From Felis catus (Eukaryota): a stretch of DNA of 64,000 nt. Below are positions 52,021 to 64,000 of the stretch, piece by piece. The position numbers were made by a program, and so were the translations under genes. Positions within the stretch are counted from its first letter, which is position 1; the number at the start of each line of letters is the position of its first letter. The notes beneath the pieces are model-generated. The model did no database searches. It was not told where the DNA came from and saw only the letters and a program-made list of their open reading frames with translations. Where the stretch lies: the NCBI RefSeq assembly GCF_018350175.1, contig NC_058382.1, positions 51,772,001-51,836,000 of the forward strand, written 5' to 3'.

Positions 52021-52150
52021 TAGGGTGACCCAATCTGCCTAGGGCACCTCCGGCTTATGCTTGTTGGATGGAAAAAAATGAATAATAGCATCCCCCTTCA
52101 CTCTCAAAAAGTATCCCAATTTAGACGATACATTCTACGATCACTCCACC
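52021..52150. mobile_element. MER94-like hAT-Blackjack MITE
   Basis: TIR tagggtgacc and aatagcatcccccttcactctcaaaaagtatcccaatttagacgata match the recalled MER94, in the opposite orientation to the 7790 copy. Confidence 0.65.
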
Positions 52151-52631
52151 TAATAAGGTTTGGGTTGAAATAGATGCATTTATCAAAACCACAGCTCCAA
52201 ACTGTGGGTACAAATTATAATTTGGCTGGAAATGTGAATCCGGCCTCCTACTATGCAAATGTAATCATCCAGGAAATCTATTCAGATGCACTGCTTGGAA
52301 GGCAGCCAGCCTGGAAGTGGTTCCGCCCCGCCACGATTTGGAGTCCCGAGAAGGAGACTTTGCCATCTGGTGGGCTGGACTGGCTCCCCGGCCAGGATTC
52401 CGGTCGCATGGTTGCTGGAGGCCAAGTCTCAGGCAACGTGGGAGTCTGTGAACGAGGGGATGGCCTGTGGCTACCCGTGATTTACATCGGTTGGGAAGTG
52501 GTACTGACAGGAGACACAAGACTTGGTATGATCCTCACGAGGGCTGGTTAGTAGGGTCACCATGTGCAGCTGGGCAAGTTGTACACTGCACAAAAACACT
52601 CAACCCCTGGGACAAAAGAGGGATGCTGTTT

Positions 52632-53080
52632 TGTATGTTTTTATTAGATGTGGCCACAAGAGGAGGCAGAGGAGAGGCTCAGAAAAACGAAGTGTATTAT
52701 ACTCATAGGTCCTAAAAATGGGACGCAAAGCATGCCGCAGAGGACCACATGGGAAAGACGCCAGGGTGGTTAGGAGGAAGAAGACAACGGCAGTGGATTC
52801 ACTCAAGCAATGCCCTTTACTGGGGTCTCTGTGGAAATGCAAGGTGGGGCAGGGCGGGCAGCCTAGGATTGGCTAGTTAGAATAATTTCCGTGGGGTCTG
52901 GGCCGTAGGGATGGTCTCTATTTGCCTGATATCTAGCCCTGGGGTGATCTACGCAGAGGAATATTGCCTCCTGGGATATATGGACCAGACAGAGGGGGTC
53001 TGGCTCTGGATTGCTTAGTTTGCATATGGATGGCATGCTCCCAGCTGAGCCCTTTTTTATTTCCAAGATTGGCTAGCCCA
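52632..53080 (-). mobile_element. ERVL solo LTR, MER74/MER73-like
   Basis: aagtgtattatactcataggtcc, ttaggattggctagttagaataatttc and ggattgcttagtttgcatat resemble the recalled MER74-group LTRs. Confidence 0.5.
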
Positions 53081-53173
53081 GAGAAGGACGGGCTCCCCAG
53101 CCAGAAAGATTTTTTGAGATGCCAAAAACAACATGTAATTTACATCAGACTTGAAACATTTACAACGTGGATG

Positions 53174-53200
53174 CCCCCCCCCCCCCCCCCCCCCCCCCCC
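53174..53200. repeat. poly-C run (27 nt)
   Basis: Read directly from the sequence. Confidence 0.9.
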
Positions 53201-53523
53201 GTCCGTTGCCAGGGCTCCTGCTGTGCCTGCAGGAGGTAGGGGAGTGGGAAGTGATGGCCATAAATCGAACCCTTCCAACCTAGCTACCTGCCCTGCAGCT
53301 GATAATCATAAATCCCAGGGGGCCTGAGAGGACGCTGTATAGCCTGGAACTTGCAGGCTGAGGATCCTAACATAGGATGTCCAATCTTTAGCGTGAGAAG
53401 AGCAGAAAGGCCCTCCAATGGACTCTCTGCCTGGCACTATATAACTAAATAGTCTGTGCTCACCAGCACTTAGCACGGTAAGCCCATTCTCCATTTTATT
53501 GTTCATTTTTTGGTACTAACTTG

Positions 53524-53720
53524 TTTTTAAGTTTTTATTCATTTATTTAGAGATAGAGAGCATGAGCCGGGGTGGGGCCGAGGGAGAGAGAATCCCAAGC
53601 AGGTTCTGCAGAGTCAGCACGGAGTCTGATGTGGGGCTCAAACTTGCAAAACCGTAAGATCGCGACCTGAGCCGAGATCAAGAGTCAGACGCTTAACCGA
53701 CCGAGCCGCCCCAGTGCCCC
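53524..53720 (-). mobile_element. CanSINE
   Basis: gagaatcccaagcagg...gacgcttaaccgaccgagccgccccagtgcccc. Confidence 0.88.
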
Positions 53721-53849
53721 TCGCTCGCCACTTCATAGATGAGACCACTGAGGCTCAGAGCTGAAGTCTCTGTCCAAACTCACACAGCCCATCGGTGCTA
53801 CATCAGGGTTTCAAATTCAGGTTTGCCCGACTCAGAGGTGCTCAGGCCA

Positions 53850-54735
53850 CTTGTCATCGGGGGAAGTGCAAACCACAGCCACAGCGAGATAACACCTCCC
53901 ACCTGCTAGGATGGCTGGTCTCAAAAAAAAAAAACAAAAAATAAGTGTTGGCAAGAATGTGATTGAAAAGGAGCACTGGTGCACTGTTGGTAGACGTGCA
54001 AATTGGTACAACCATTATGGAAAAGACTATGGAGGCTCCTCAGAAAATTAAAAATAGAACTATTGTATGACCTGGAAATTCCATTTCTGGGTATCCACCT
54101 AAAGGAACCGAAATCACAATCTTAGGGAGATATCTGCCGCCCCACACTCATAGCAGTATTAGTCAACACAGCTAAGACGTGGAAACAACCTAAATGTCCG
54201 TCAGCAGATGGACGGGTCAACAAAATGTGGTGTAGACATACAACAGACTATCATTCAGCCTTAAGAAGCAGGGATTCCTGCCCTTTGTGACACCATGGCG
54301 GAACCCGGAGGGCATGACGCTACGTGGAAATGAGCCAGACCCGGAAGAACAGATGCTACGTGATCCCACGTCTACCAGGGATCTAAAACATCCAAACTCA
54401 CAGGAGCAGAGTGTGAAATGGTGGTGGCGGGGGCTGGAGGAGAGGAGATGTAGCAAAGGGGTCACGGTTTCCGTTACGCAAGACGACTGAGTCATAGAGA
54501 TCTCGTGCACAGCATAGCGCCTCTAGTTAACGATACCACGTTGCATACTTAAAGATTTGTGAAGAGGGTAGGCCTTAGGCTAAATGTGATCTCAGAAAAA
54601 GAGAAAAGAGGGAGGGAGGGCATTTTAGAGGTGAAGGTGAAGTTGCTGGCATTGGTTATTATGAGAGTTTCGTGGGATGTATGCATTAAATTCATGAAGA
54701 CGTATGCATTAAATACATACAGCTTTTTTCTTGTA
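53850..54735 (+). mobile_element. Old L1 (L1M-type) ORF2 3' end and 3' UTR
   Basis: cactgttggtagacgtgcaaattggtacaaccattatggaaa...aaaattaaaaatagaacta...ggaaacaacctaaatgtcc. No intact ORF remains. Confidence 0.88.
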
Positions 54736-55524
54736 ATCACACCCCAAGGTTTTCTTTTAAGTCCCTATTCTCCTCTCCCTGGACGCTGAGCTGCCTCATG
54801 TAGGGCCCTCGGAGATGCTGTGCTCCAGCCCTTCCTGCCCATATGAGAAATTCGAGGTGGGAAGGGCCGAAATGGCAGGAGGGAGCTCAGGGCTCAGCAG
54901 TTCTGCTCCTGTGTGTCCAGGGCTCCCTTTGGAGCCAGCCTGTTTAGGGTCTTGTCCTGAATCTCCTACCATCTATGTCCCCCTAAGGCCCCACTTCTGT
55001 GTCTCCCTCAACCCCCATCTCGGGGCTGTCCCTCCCTACTGCTCAAACGAAAGTACGCCCTGTTGTTGGGCCCGCGAACACAGCATGAAGTGATACCAGA
55101 CCGGCCTCCCTCTCGATCAGAGCAGAAGGCTGAGCTGCCACCAGCACATCATCCTGGTCATCATCCTAGTGGGACCACCTCCTAGGAGGAACTTTGGAAA
55201 AGCGAAAGTCCCCTGCCTGCCACCCTCAGTCCCCAAGCTGCCTGCTGTGCTTGGTGACGGACAGTCTGTAGGAGGCCCAGCTGTGCCGACCAAGGGTTTC
55301 AGGCCCAAGTGGGGAGCGGGGCTCATGCCTGGCAGCAAGAGTCATCCCTGCCAAATCCCTTCAAGAACACATCCCTCTGTCCCCAGAGGTGACCAGATTC
55401 TCAGAAGCTGGGAGGTGTGCATGGGTGGGCGGGGCAAGAACAGGGCAATGTCTGCAAGCCTCTGAGCTGGAAGGAACCAAATGGATCCAACTGTTATCAG
55501 GCTCTGGGGGCTCTTTGAGAAATA

Positions 55525-55766
55525 CAGTACAACTATGGCTTGCGAGCGTAATTCGTTTCGGAAACATGCTTGTAATCCAAAGCACTTGTGTATCGAAGCG
55601 CATTTCAAGAACCATTGGCTCAGTTGTGATCACGTGACGTTTGGCATCATGTACTACTCGTATTGCGAGACATCGCTCGTTTATCGAGTTCAAATTTATT
55701 AGAAACGTTTGCTCATTTTGCGGAAACACTCACAGAACAGGTTACTTGCAATCCAAGGTTTTGCTG
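55525..55766. mobile_element. Tc1/mariner (Tigger-like) MITE, 242 bp
   Basis: Left TIR CAGTACAACTATGGCTTGCGAG versus reverse complement of the right end CAGCAAAACCTTGGATTGCAAG (16/22). Preceded by TA and followed by TG. Confidence 0.7.
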
Positions 55767-56203
55767 TGTCTTTCCTCTGCCCGCATCTTGTGCCCTAACA
55801 TTCTTTCTACTCCATGTATATGGTTGAAAAGAAAAACAAGAAAATATTTACTCTGGGCAGGCACGGAAGTTTCCCCCCTTCACTGATGTAAAGTTGTAAC
55901 TGCCAAATGGATGTGGGGTTGACCTTGTCCACACCCAACCAAGAAGATAAAGCAAAGAAGGGCTTGTATTCCTAGTCCCAGCCCTGGATTGCCCTCTGAC
56001 CTCGTGGCTCCTCTCTGACCTATGTTCTTTGTTCTCTAAACTTCTGTTTACTGCTATTTCCTGCATTCAACACACGGTCACTGAGATCTAAGCAGTGGGC
56101 TCAATGCTTTGGATACAGAGGGGAATAAGATGTGGTCCTCTCCTTAAGGAGTTGACATGTGGTGGGAGATACGATAAGAGATTCTTTTCTTTTTAAATTT
56201 TTT

Positions 56204-56409
56204 TTTCAACGTTTATTTATTTTTGGGACAGAGAGAGACAGAGCATGAACGGGGGAGGGGCAGAGAGAGAGGGAGACACAGAATCGGAAACAGGCTCCAG
56301 GCTCTGAGCCATCAGCCCAGAGCCCGACGCGGGGCTCGAACTCATGGACCGCGAGATTGTGACCTGGCTGAAGTCGGACGCTCAACTGACTGCGCCACCC
56401 AGGTGCCCC
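56204..56409 (-). mobile_element. Young felid CanSINE inserted in the tail of an older CanSINE
   Basis: Same subfamily as the 22538, 24744 and 29054 copies. Flanked by TCTTTTTAAATTTTTT at 56188-56203 and 56410-56425. Confidence 0.9.
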
Positions 56410-56634
56410 TCTTTTTAAATTTTTTAAATGTTTTATGTATTTCTGAGAGACAGAGAGAGACAGAGTGTGAGCAGGGGAGGGACTGAGAGAGAGAGGAAGA
56501 CACAGAAGCCGAGGCAGGCTCCAGGCTCCAAGCTGTCAGCACAGAGCCTGATACGGGGCTCGACCCCACAAACCATGAGATCACGACCTGAGCCAAAGCT
56601 GGACACCTAACCGACTGAGCCACCCACGCACCCC
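56410..56634 (-). mobile_element. CanSINE (older member of the tandem pair)
   Basis: Diverged SINE body ending ccgactgagccacccacgcacccc. Confidence 0.9.
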
Positions 56635-58107
56635 TAAGAAAGAGATGTTTTAAAAGGAGGAGAGTCAGAGGTGAAGGAGGAAGAGAAAGGAGGAGGAGAC
56701 AGGGGAGAGGAGCGGAGGGGAGAATCACAGCACAGAGTAAAAGATGGTTGGGTAGTGATGTGTGTGAGTTTGGGGACAAAGCAGGAGACATTTACCCTCC
56801 TCAGGATCTCCGGGAGGGCTCCCCAGAAGAGGAGGACTATGGAGGGGGCGGAGCTTGTTTATTGAGCACCTGCTCTGGGTCATCCCTGGGGAATCACATC
56901 ACTTATGTTGCCTCCTTTGCCCCGCACTTGACCCCTTGAGGTGGACGTTATCATCCCCGACTTAAATGAGGGGAATCTGAAGCTCAGCCAGGTCAGGCGG
57001 TGGCTCCAGGACTGAACTGGGTGTGGGGTCCAGGAGTTGCAGCTTGCTCTGCAACCTCTGATGTGTCTCATTTCTATGAGATTGTCCCGATGGTCCCGAA
57101 CAAAGAACTCCGGCTTAGTGACAAGAAGGCAGTCACTTCCGGCGGCTAGTACTTAGCCTTTCTGAGCCTCAGTTTCCAATTCCCAGCAGGAAAACCTTCT
57201 GTAAATTCGTGGATCTCTCGGAGCCTCCATTTCTGAGCCCGGCTTCATGATGGGAATACGATGTCGGGAGGGTAGAACGAGGTGTGTGAAGGGCCTGCAG
57301 TGCTAGACAAAGAGTGGCCGGGAAGAGATGTTCCCCTACCTTCTCTCCTCGTAGCCCTTCAGACTCACCCCCCAGGTAATGCGGGTTCAACTCTTGTCGC
57401 TGGTATTGCTGTGTGACTTTGGACATTTCTAGGACTGCTCTGTGCCTCCGTTTTTTTCATCTAGAGAGTGAGGAGGCCATGATGCAGACCAAATGAACTG
57501 AGTTTGTAGAGCAGTTAGACTGCCTGGGCGCACAGCAAACTCAGTGCAGGTGAGGCCGAATAAAGAAACCTACATTCTTCATCACTCGGCTCTACTGCGT
57601 CTCCACTGAGTGCCTCTGACATGAGCTCAGTGGCGGGAGGAGCAGAGGACAGGGTTTAAATATTCGCTCTTGCACTTGCCTGATGGGTAGAGCTGTGAAT
57701 GGCTTGGAAAACCTGGATGTTCAGCAGCAAAGCTGAGGCCCGGGGAGCAGGGAGGCTGGAGTTCTCCAAGCATCCAGAACTTCAGGCCCTGCTAATGGGG
57801 ATGAGCGATTATTTTTCTCTTCTGACACCTCTGACTCACAGAAGACTGTGTTAGTCATGCCTTGATCTATAGGATCCCACATACTAAACCCACGGGCTGT
57901 GATGTCAACCCCAACTCGGAACAGAGGGTTGTTATGATGCCATCCATCAGTGACCCAGTTGGTAGAAGGGAAACTTTACAGAGCGCTAGACCTCAGCAAG
58001 GGCTGCGTGTTAGAATTATGTATACTGTAAGTAATAGACTTTATACTATAAATATGTATTAATACTAAGGCTCCACCTTGGTTTTAAATAAAATACCTCA
58101 TATTAAA

Positions 58108-58301
58108 GGAGGCGCCTGGGTGGCTCAGTCGGTTGAGCATCTGACTTCGGCTCAGGTCGTGATCTCATGGTTCCTGAGTTTGAGCCCCGCATCGGGCTCT
58201 CTGCTCTCAGGACAGAGCCTGCTTTGAAGCTTCTGTCCCTTTCTCTCTCTGCCCCTCTCTCCCCCCACCGCCTGTCAAAAATAAGTGAACTTAAAAAAAA
58301 A
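58108..58301 (+). mobile_element. CanSINE
   Basis: ggcgcctgggtggctcagtcggttgag head with a CATATTAA flanking repeat. Confidence 0.9.
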
Positions 58302-58389
58302 TCCCATATTAAGATATTCTGAGCATTATGGGGGCCTTAGCAGTAAATTATGTGGAGTAGAGTGGGTGCTTTTGAAGGATGATACGTAT

Positions 58390-58563
58390 TGGTGGTTCTC
58401 AATGTGAGCTGAATCAGAATCTTCTGGAAAGCTTGTTAAAACTCAGATGCCCAGGCCCCACCCCCCGAGTTTCTGATTCTGTAGATCCCGGGTGGAACCT
58501 TCTAGCAAGACTCCAGGTGGTGTGGGTGCCGCTGGTTACGGCACCACGTGTTGAGAAGCACTG
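58390..58563. mobile_element. MER5-like hAT-Charlie MITE
   Basis: ggtggttctcaa...atcagaatc...cttgttaaaa...ggccccacccccgagtttctgattc...ttgagaagcactg. Confidence 0.75.
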
Positions 58564-59315
58564 ATCTATAAAATAAATAAAAGTGGGAAATAAAGGTATT
58601 ATCTACCAAGTCTTCCCTGGAATGTGTCTACTGCTTTTTGGGAGTAAAGAGAAGTTTCCCCACTTCCAACCTGAGCAGTCGATTCCTCCCTTTCTCTCAT
58701 CCTTCAGCCGTGTGCCGCTGACGCTTCTTTGCTATGGAAACTGTCCGCACACGTATGTCAACGGGAATGCCATGCGTAGTTCAACAGGTGTGCGGTGACA
58801 AACAAGAAAAACCTGATTTTTAGAGCCTACTAGGTGAGAACGTAGAATGTTCTTTGCTGCCTTTGATGGCGGGTCACGTGGATCAGCCCCCACAGTTGGA
58901 TTTGAATTTTCTCTCCTTATAACAATCAAGTCAACCGGATTGTTGAACAGGCAAATGACAGCACTGATCTGTAATCAGTGTTTCTAAACCTGTGTCTAAA
59001 TCCCATGTGGGAATTCGTATTATCATAAGACAAGAATAAGGCTGGCCCGGGTATCCAGTGTCCTAGATTTTGTGATAACGTTCAGTTATCTTTCTCGGAC
59101 TAAGTGCATCTATGCATTGATGAAGATGGAAAATAAACTGACGGTTCTTTGGAAGAAAACAATCTTGCTTCACCATTCACCCTAGGATTCTTCTTGGTAC
59201 ATTCACAAGCTCATTTTGCTAATTCTTTTCCATTCTTTGAGTATCTAAGTGGCTGTGGTTTCCATGAGCTGTGTAAAAGGGAGAACAACTTTTGGAAGAG
59301 ATAAATGTAATCCTA

Positions 59316-59336
59316 TTTTTTTTAAGTTTATTTATT

Positions 59337-59379
<43 letters not shown>

Positions 59380-59558
59380 CACACACATGTGAGCGGGGCA
59401 GAGGCAGAGAGAGAGAGGGAGAGAGAGAGAATCCCAAGTAGTCTCCATGCTATCAGCACAGAGCCTGACACGGGGTCCGATCCCATGAACAAAGAGATCA
59501 GGATCCAAGCCAAAGTCAAGAGTTAGATGCCCAACCGACTTGGCCACCTGGGCGCCCC
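59316..59558 (-). mobile_element. CanSINE with expanded (GA)n
   Basis: Reverse SINE with flanking repeat AAATGTAA(TC/GG)CTATTTTT. Confidence 0.9.
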
Positions 59559-61589
59559 AAATGTAAGGCTATTTTTCAAATGATCTCAGAAATGGTCAAG
59601 TTAGCAATAGAAAAATCTCACCCTTTCATCAGACTTAGGGTAATGAGTGAACTTGCATTCTCTTTGGGAGGTGTCCTCAAACAGACTTTCTTTAGCAGCT
59701 GAAGAATTGGTCTGTGTGTGCTAGAAATCTTAGGACTGGAGAGGACAGAGAGACCAAATCTGGTTTCTGTTTTATCTATTCTCTCCCCCATATTTCCCCT
59801 TTAGTTCATACCTCTCGTTTTCTGTACATTTGAAAAAACACGGTGCACCAGTGTGGTCTGATCCCAGTGGTTCAGTGTTTGAAATTGGTGTTCGCAGCCT
59901 ACTGGTTTCAGGCTACTGATTGTACTTTTAATTGTAAACTTATTTTATTAATACGGTTGCCTTTATTGGAATGCAAGCTCCGAGATGACAGGGACGATAT
60001 ATAATTTGTTCTCCTTTCTCTTTCTAGCGCCTCTCATAGTGTCTGATCCATTAGAGGCACTTATTAAATAGCCCCAAATTATTCACTGAATGAATAACTC
60101 AGTGAAAAAACAGAGGGGCCAAGATTCAAAGGATGAGTAGGCATCAGCCAGGAGAAAAGACAGGGAAAAGGATTCCAGGCAGTGGAAACTGCATGTGCAA
60201 AGGTCCTGTGGGTGATAAAGGAGTGGCGCTTAGGAAAGACTAAGCATTTTTCCAAATGGCCAAAGGTAGAGTTTGGGTGTATGATGAGAAACAAGTCTGA
60301 GGAGGAAGAGGTTATTCGTGTCATAAAGTTATCCATTCTTTGTGTCTTAGTTACTTGAGTCTCTGATGCTGATTTCTGAATCCCAGTGCACTGACAGGAT
60401 CATCTGTCCTAAATTCCCATCGAAGGGGTAATCAGAATTTCAGCCAAGCTCAGTCCTAATTCCAAGGCACTGATAGCTGAAAAAGTGCCACTTAGTGAGT
60501 ACTTAGCATGTACCAGGCAGTGTACTAAGCCCTTTACATAGATGCATTCATTCCTCTAATCATGTGTCTGCTGTGCCTGGCTTTTCTGGAATAGGATCTT
60601 ACCTTGAACCAGCAGTCTCTTGCTAAGAGTCAGATTTCAGTGGCCCAAAACAGCTCCCTTTCAACTGCCGTCCCTGGATTTCTCATGGCTGTGCTCTGCC
60701 TGAAGGAACCTCAGCAGCCCTGGAATTAGGATTGAGCTGGCTGAAGTCTGTTCACCCGTATGAACCCAAGACAAAGCTATCGAAAGAGTAGATCAATGCA
60801 GCCTTGCAGACTGATGCCAAAGATCCTTGGTTTTGTCTAGGACTTCAGTTCCAGGTCAGCAACTCGAGTGCTTAGCTGGACGGATAAGAAGACTAACAGA
60901 GTGGCTTTGGAGTCAGGGAGACCTGAGTGTGACCCCCAGCCTTATCACGTACAAGCCGTGTTACCTTGGACAAGTTCCTTTCCCCATCTGAACCCCCGTT
61001 TTCGGGCATAAAAGGGAAATAAAAGTATTTACTCTAAAAGCGGTTTGAGGATTTAACGAAGCACGTAAGCACAGTGCCTGGCATATGGGGAGACAAGGGG
61101 ACTGTCAGCTGCTGTACTGGCTGTATCTCCAGCCACAGGGGAGAGCAGAGGCTTGCTGTGGAATTCTTACGCTCTAGAGAGAGAAAGGAAAAGAAATTAA
61201 AAACAAGTACATGCAGATCTCTATTTGCTGCTGTTGCTGGGAGAATGGATTGTCTTGTTCACTGTATGTTCTGGGTCTGCAGGTAAATTGCAAAATCCTT
61301 TTTATTGAAAATTCATTCCGCCTTCCACAAATGTTTATTGAGTCCGTGCTATTTGCTAGGCACGTGGGAGAAACGAGGATAAATTAGAGGCACTCATCTT
61401 GGGAGTTGGAGGAAGGAGAGTAGCACACATTGTGCTCAAATACAGAGTGCTGAGTATTATTTACTTAGATCATTGAGGATCTTGCAAGGGCCTCTCATTG
61501 CCTTAGTGAATTAATAGAGAGCTCAAGCGGCGGGGGGGGGGGGGGGGGGTGCTACAAACAGGTGTCCACTGAATTTGGTTTTCCACCCA

Positions 61590-61890
61590 TTGTTATTTAC
61601 ATAAGAATATGTTATCATATAATATCGTGTAGAATACTTGCATGTTTTGCTATTTACATTAATTATATATTATATGACTATATAATATTATTTTATTATC
61701 ATACTAATATTTTACAAATGGAGTATTATATACTAAAATTACTATTTATATACATGTACGTTTATATAATACTGATTATACATATACTAATTATATATTC
61801 TAATTATACATATTTTTATTTCTGCATTTTATATTATGTAAAATACTCATAGATGCTATATAAATATATAAGTAACCCAGTTACTTATAA
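61590..61890. repeat. AT-rich low-complexity tract
   Basis: Degenerate (TA)-rich sequence. A similar tract lies at ~46285-46460. Confidence 0.75.
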
Positions 61891-61939
61891 CGTCTCAGTT
61901 TGCTACCACACGTTTCTTTTTATTTAAAGTGGAAACGGT

Positions 61940-62165
61940 GGGGCACCTGGGGGGCTGTTAGTTAAGCGTCCGACTTTGGCTCGGGTCATGATCTTGCGGT
62001 TTGTGAGTTCAAGCCCCACATCAGGCTCTGTGCTGACAGCTCAGAGCCTGGAGCCTGCTTCGGATTCTGTGGCTCCCTCTCTCTCTCTGCCCCTCTCCCA
62101 CTTGTGCTCTGTCTCTCTCCCTCTCTCAGAAAATGAACAAACGTTCAAAAAAAATTAAAAAAAAT
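61940..62165 (+). mobile_element. CanSINE
   Basis: SINE head, body and tail with imperfect TSD AAAGTGGAAACGGT / AAAATGGAAATGGT. Confidence 0.9.
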
Positions 62166-63546
62166 AAAATGGAAATGGTAAAGTTCTGCTTGGGTGAGAT
62201 ACTAGATACATTAATCGAATCTGTGCTCTACTCCTACTCTGCAATGCTAAAGGACGTAGCGATCTGCAAACTGATGAGGGACTTCCCTGTCACATCACAT
62301 TCCGGTTTCTCATGCATTCATTCATCAGGTGTTACCAAATCCGTTTTATGTGTCAGGCTCTGCCCTGAGCACTGGGGTACAGAGCCAGATATATGGCGCG
62401 GTCCCTGGCCTCATGGGGCTCACAGACAGATCAGTTAGCAGCCGCAGAAAGCCATGGTGGCCGCTGTCCCAGAGGAAGGAACCCCAGGTCTATGGTAGCA
62501 CTAAAGGAGGCACCAGGGGAAGGTGGAGGCAAGCGCCTGGGGAGGTTTTCTAGAAGAGGAGTTGCCTGGGTGGTGGGGGGCCGGGGCGGGGGGGAGGGGC
62601 TGTAGTCTGAAGAAGAAAGTGGAAGGATAGGCATGGATAGGGAGGGGACAGCCTGTGAGAAGCTAGTGTCGATGCTCAAATAGCGTTACACGTTCGGGAG
62701 AATAGGATCGTGAATTTGCTGCTTCTGCTGACGTAATAATCACAGCAAGAAAACCTAACAGCACTCAAAGTAGTAGTGACAGCAAATACTGAGCATTCTA
62801 AGCCCTTGGATGCGTTATATCAAATCGTCCCACAAGAACCTCACATATAGCATTGCACGCTCCATTTTAAGATGAAAGACCAGAAGAACTGACATGTTAC
62901 TCAACGTTGCTCAACTGGTGGGTACAGGAGATCAAAGTCCGCCATCTTACCCTACTGGCCTTGGACTGGGTGCCTAACCTCTGTGAACCTCAGTCTCCTC
63001 CTCATCAAAATTAGGTTCGAAGTTCATTCTGAGGACACCACGGAATGAGGGTCACACAGCACCAGGCTCGGCAAATGGCAATCGGGGGTGGATCGAGGGC
63101 CTTGTCTCGTTAGGGAGCAGAGAGTGGAGAAGTGGAGGGAAGCCATGTTAGTGAGATAGACTGGGCCACCTGCCAGAGGGCCGGCCCGTGGGATAAACCG
63201 AAGGGTGTGCTTTTCTTTCTGAAAGCTAGTGATAGGCATCGGGAAGCTTTGCGACCAGTCATGAGATGCTCAGGGTTGAGTTTGAGAAAAACCACTCTGT
63301 CCAGAGGGTGACGTGGACACAGCCAGGCCAGCCAGAAGGGTGGTGTCGTCATCCAGGTGAGGAAATGCAACAACCCAGACTACGAAGTGATGGTCACAAG
63401 GGTGTGGAATGGATGCAGTACACTAACTGGATGTGAGGCCAAGGGACCAAGAGGAGTCCGGCGACCCCCAGACTCCTGACTTCAGCCGAGGGACAGGCGA
63501 ATGGTACAGTTTTCATCCACTGAGGCAGGAGGTACAGGAAGAGGAA

Positions 63547-63936
63547 TGTTACGGGTTGAACCATGCCCCACCCCACTGATATGGGGAAGTCCTGAGCGCC
63601 ACTATCTCAGAATGTGTCCTTATTCGGCAGTAGGGTCCTCACAGAGGTAATCAAGTTTAAATGATAGGACTGGCGTCCTTCTAAGAACGGGGGGAATCTG
63701 GACACAGGTTGGCGTAGAGGGAAGACCATGTGAAGAGGCCTTGGGAGAAGAGAGCCATTTACAAGCCAAGCAGAGAGAGCTGGATCAAACCCTTCGCTCG
63801 TAGTCACTGGAAGGACGCAACCCTCCCGACGCCTTGATTTTGGACTTTCTGACCTCCACAAGTGGGAAACAAATTTGTTGGCAGAGCCACCCAGTTTGTG
63901 GTATTATGTTACAACAGCAACCAGCAAATCAATGCA
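63547..63936 (+). mobile_element. MaLR solo LTR (MLT1A/B-like)
   Basis: tgttacgggttgaa start, ctcagaatgtg...ttattcgg...agggtc, and ccttgattttggactttctgacctcc...gccacccagtttgtggta...aatgCA. Confidence 0.85.
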
Positions 63937-64000
63937 AGGAGTAAGTCATTTGCAGATGGCCAAGAATAATGTTTTGGATGAGTTGAATTCGATGTGTTTT

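Noticed and set aside
2232..52260. Four ATGCAAAT octamers (2232, 28260, 31335, 52253) as an enrichment
   Set aside because: About 2 or more are expected by chance in 64 kb on both strands, so this is not convincing.

Overview
Mammalian genomic DNA, almost certainly from a felid: it carries many CanSINE copies of the cat SINEC_Fc type and a cat-type L1 3' end. The window holds the 5' part of VAT1L (vesicle amine transport 1-like, MDR/quinone-oxidoreductase family) on the + strand. This comprises a CpG-island promoter (~2760-4330) and coding exons 1 (3354-3586), 2 (27439-27568) and 3 (31790-32005), which splice in frame to 579 nt (193 codons). I could not find exon 4, so intron 3 appears to run past the window end (>32 kb). 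The rest is intronic or upstream sequence with about 18 CanSINEs, L1 fragments, MaLR/ERVL solo LTRs, hAT and Tigger DNA-transposon relics, MIR/L2 remnants and microsatellites. Apart from the three VAT1L exons, the ORF track appears to be chance or repeat-derived. I see no evidence of a new multi-gene system. The best leads concern RNA processing and regulation: an atypical exon-1 donor that fits a bulged U1 pairing register, near-identical inverted young SINEs around exon 2, a recursive-splice-like AG|GTAAG site in intron 2, an unexplained ~40 bp inverted repeat in intron 3, a REST/RE1-like arrangement, and a 19 kb CanSINE-free zone at the 5' end. Repeat family names come from recalled consensus sequences, not a database search.
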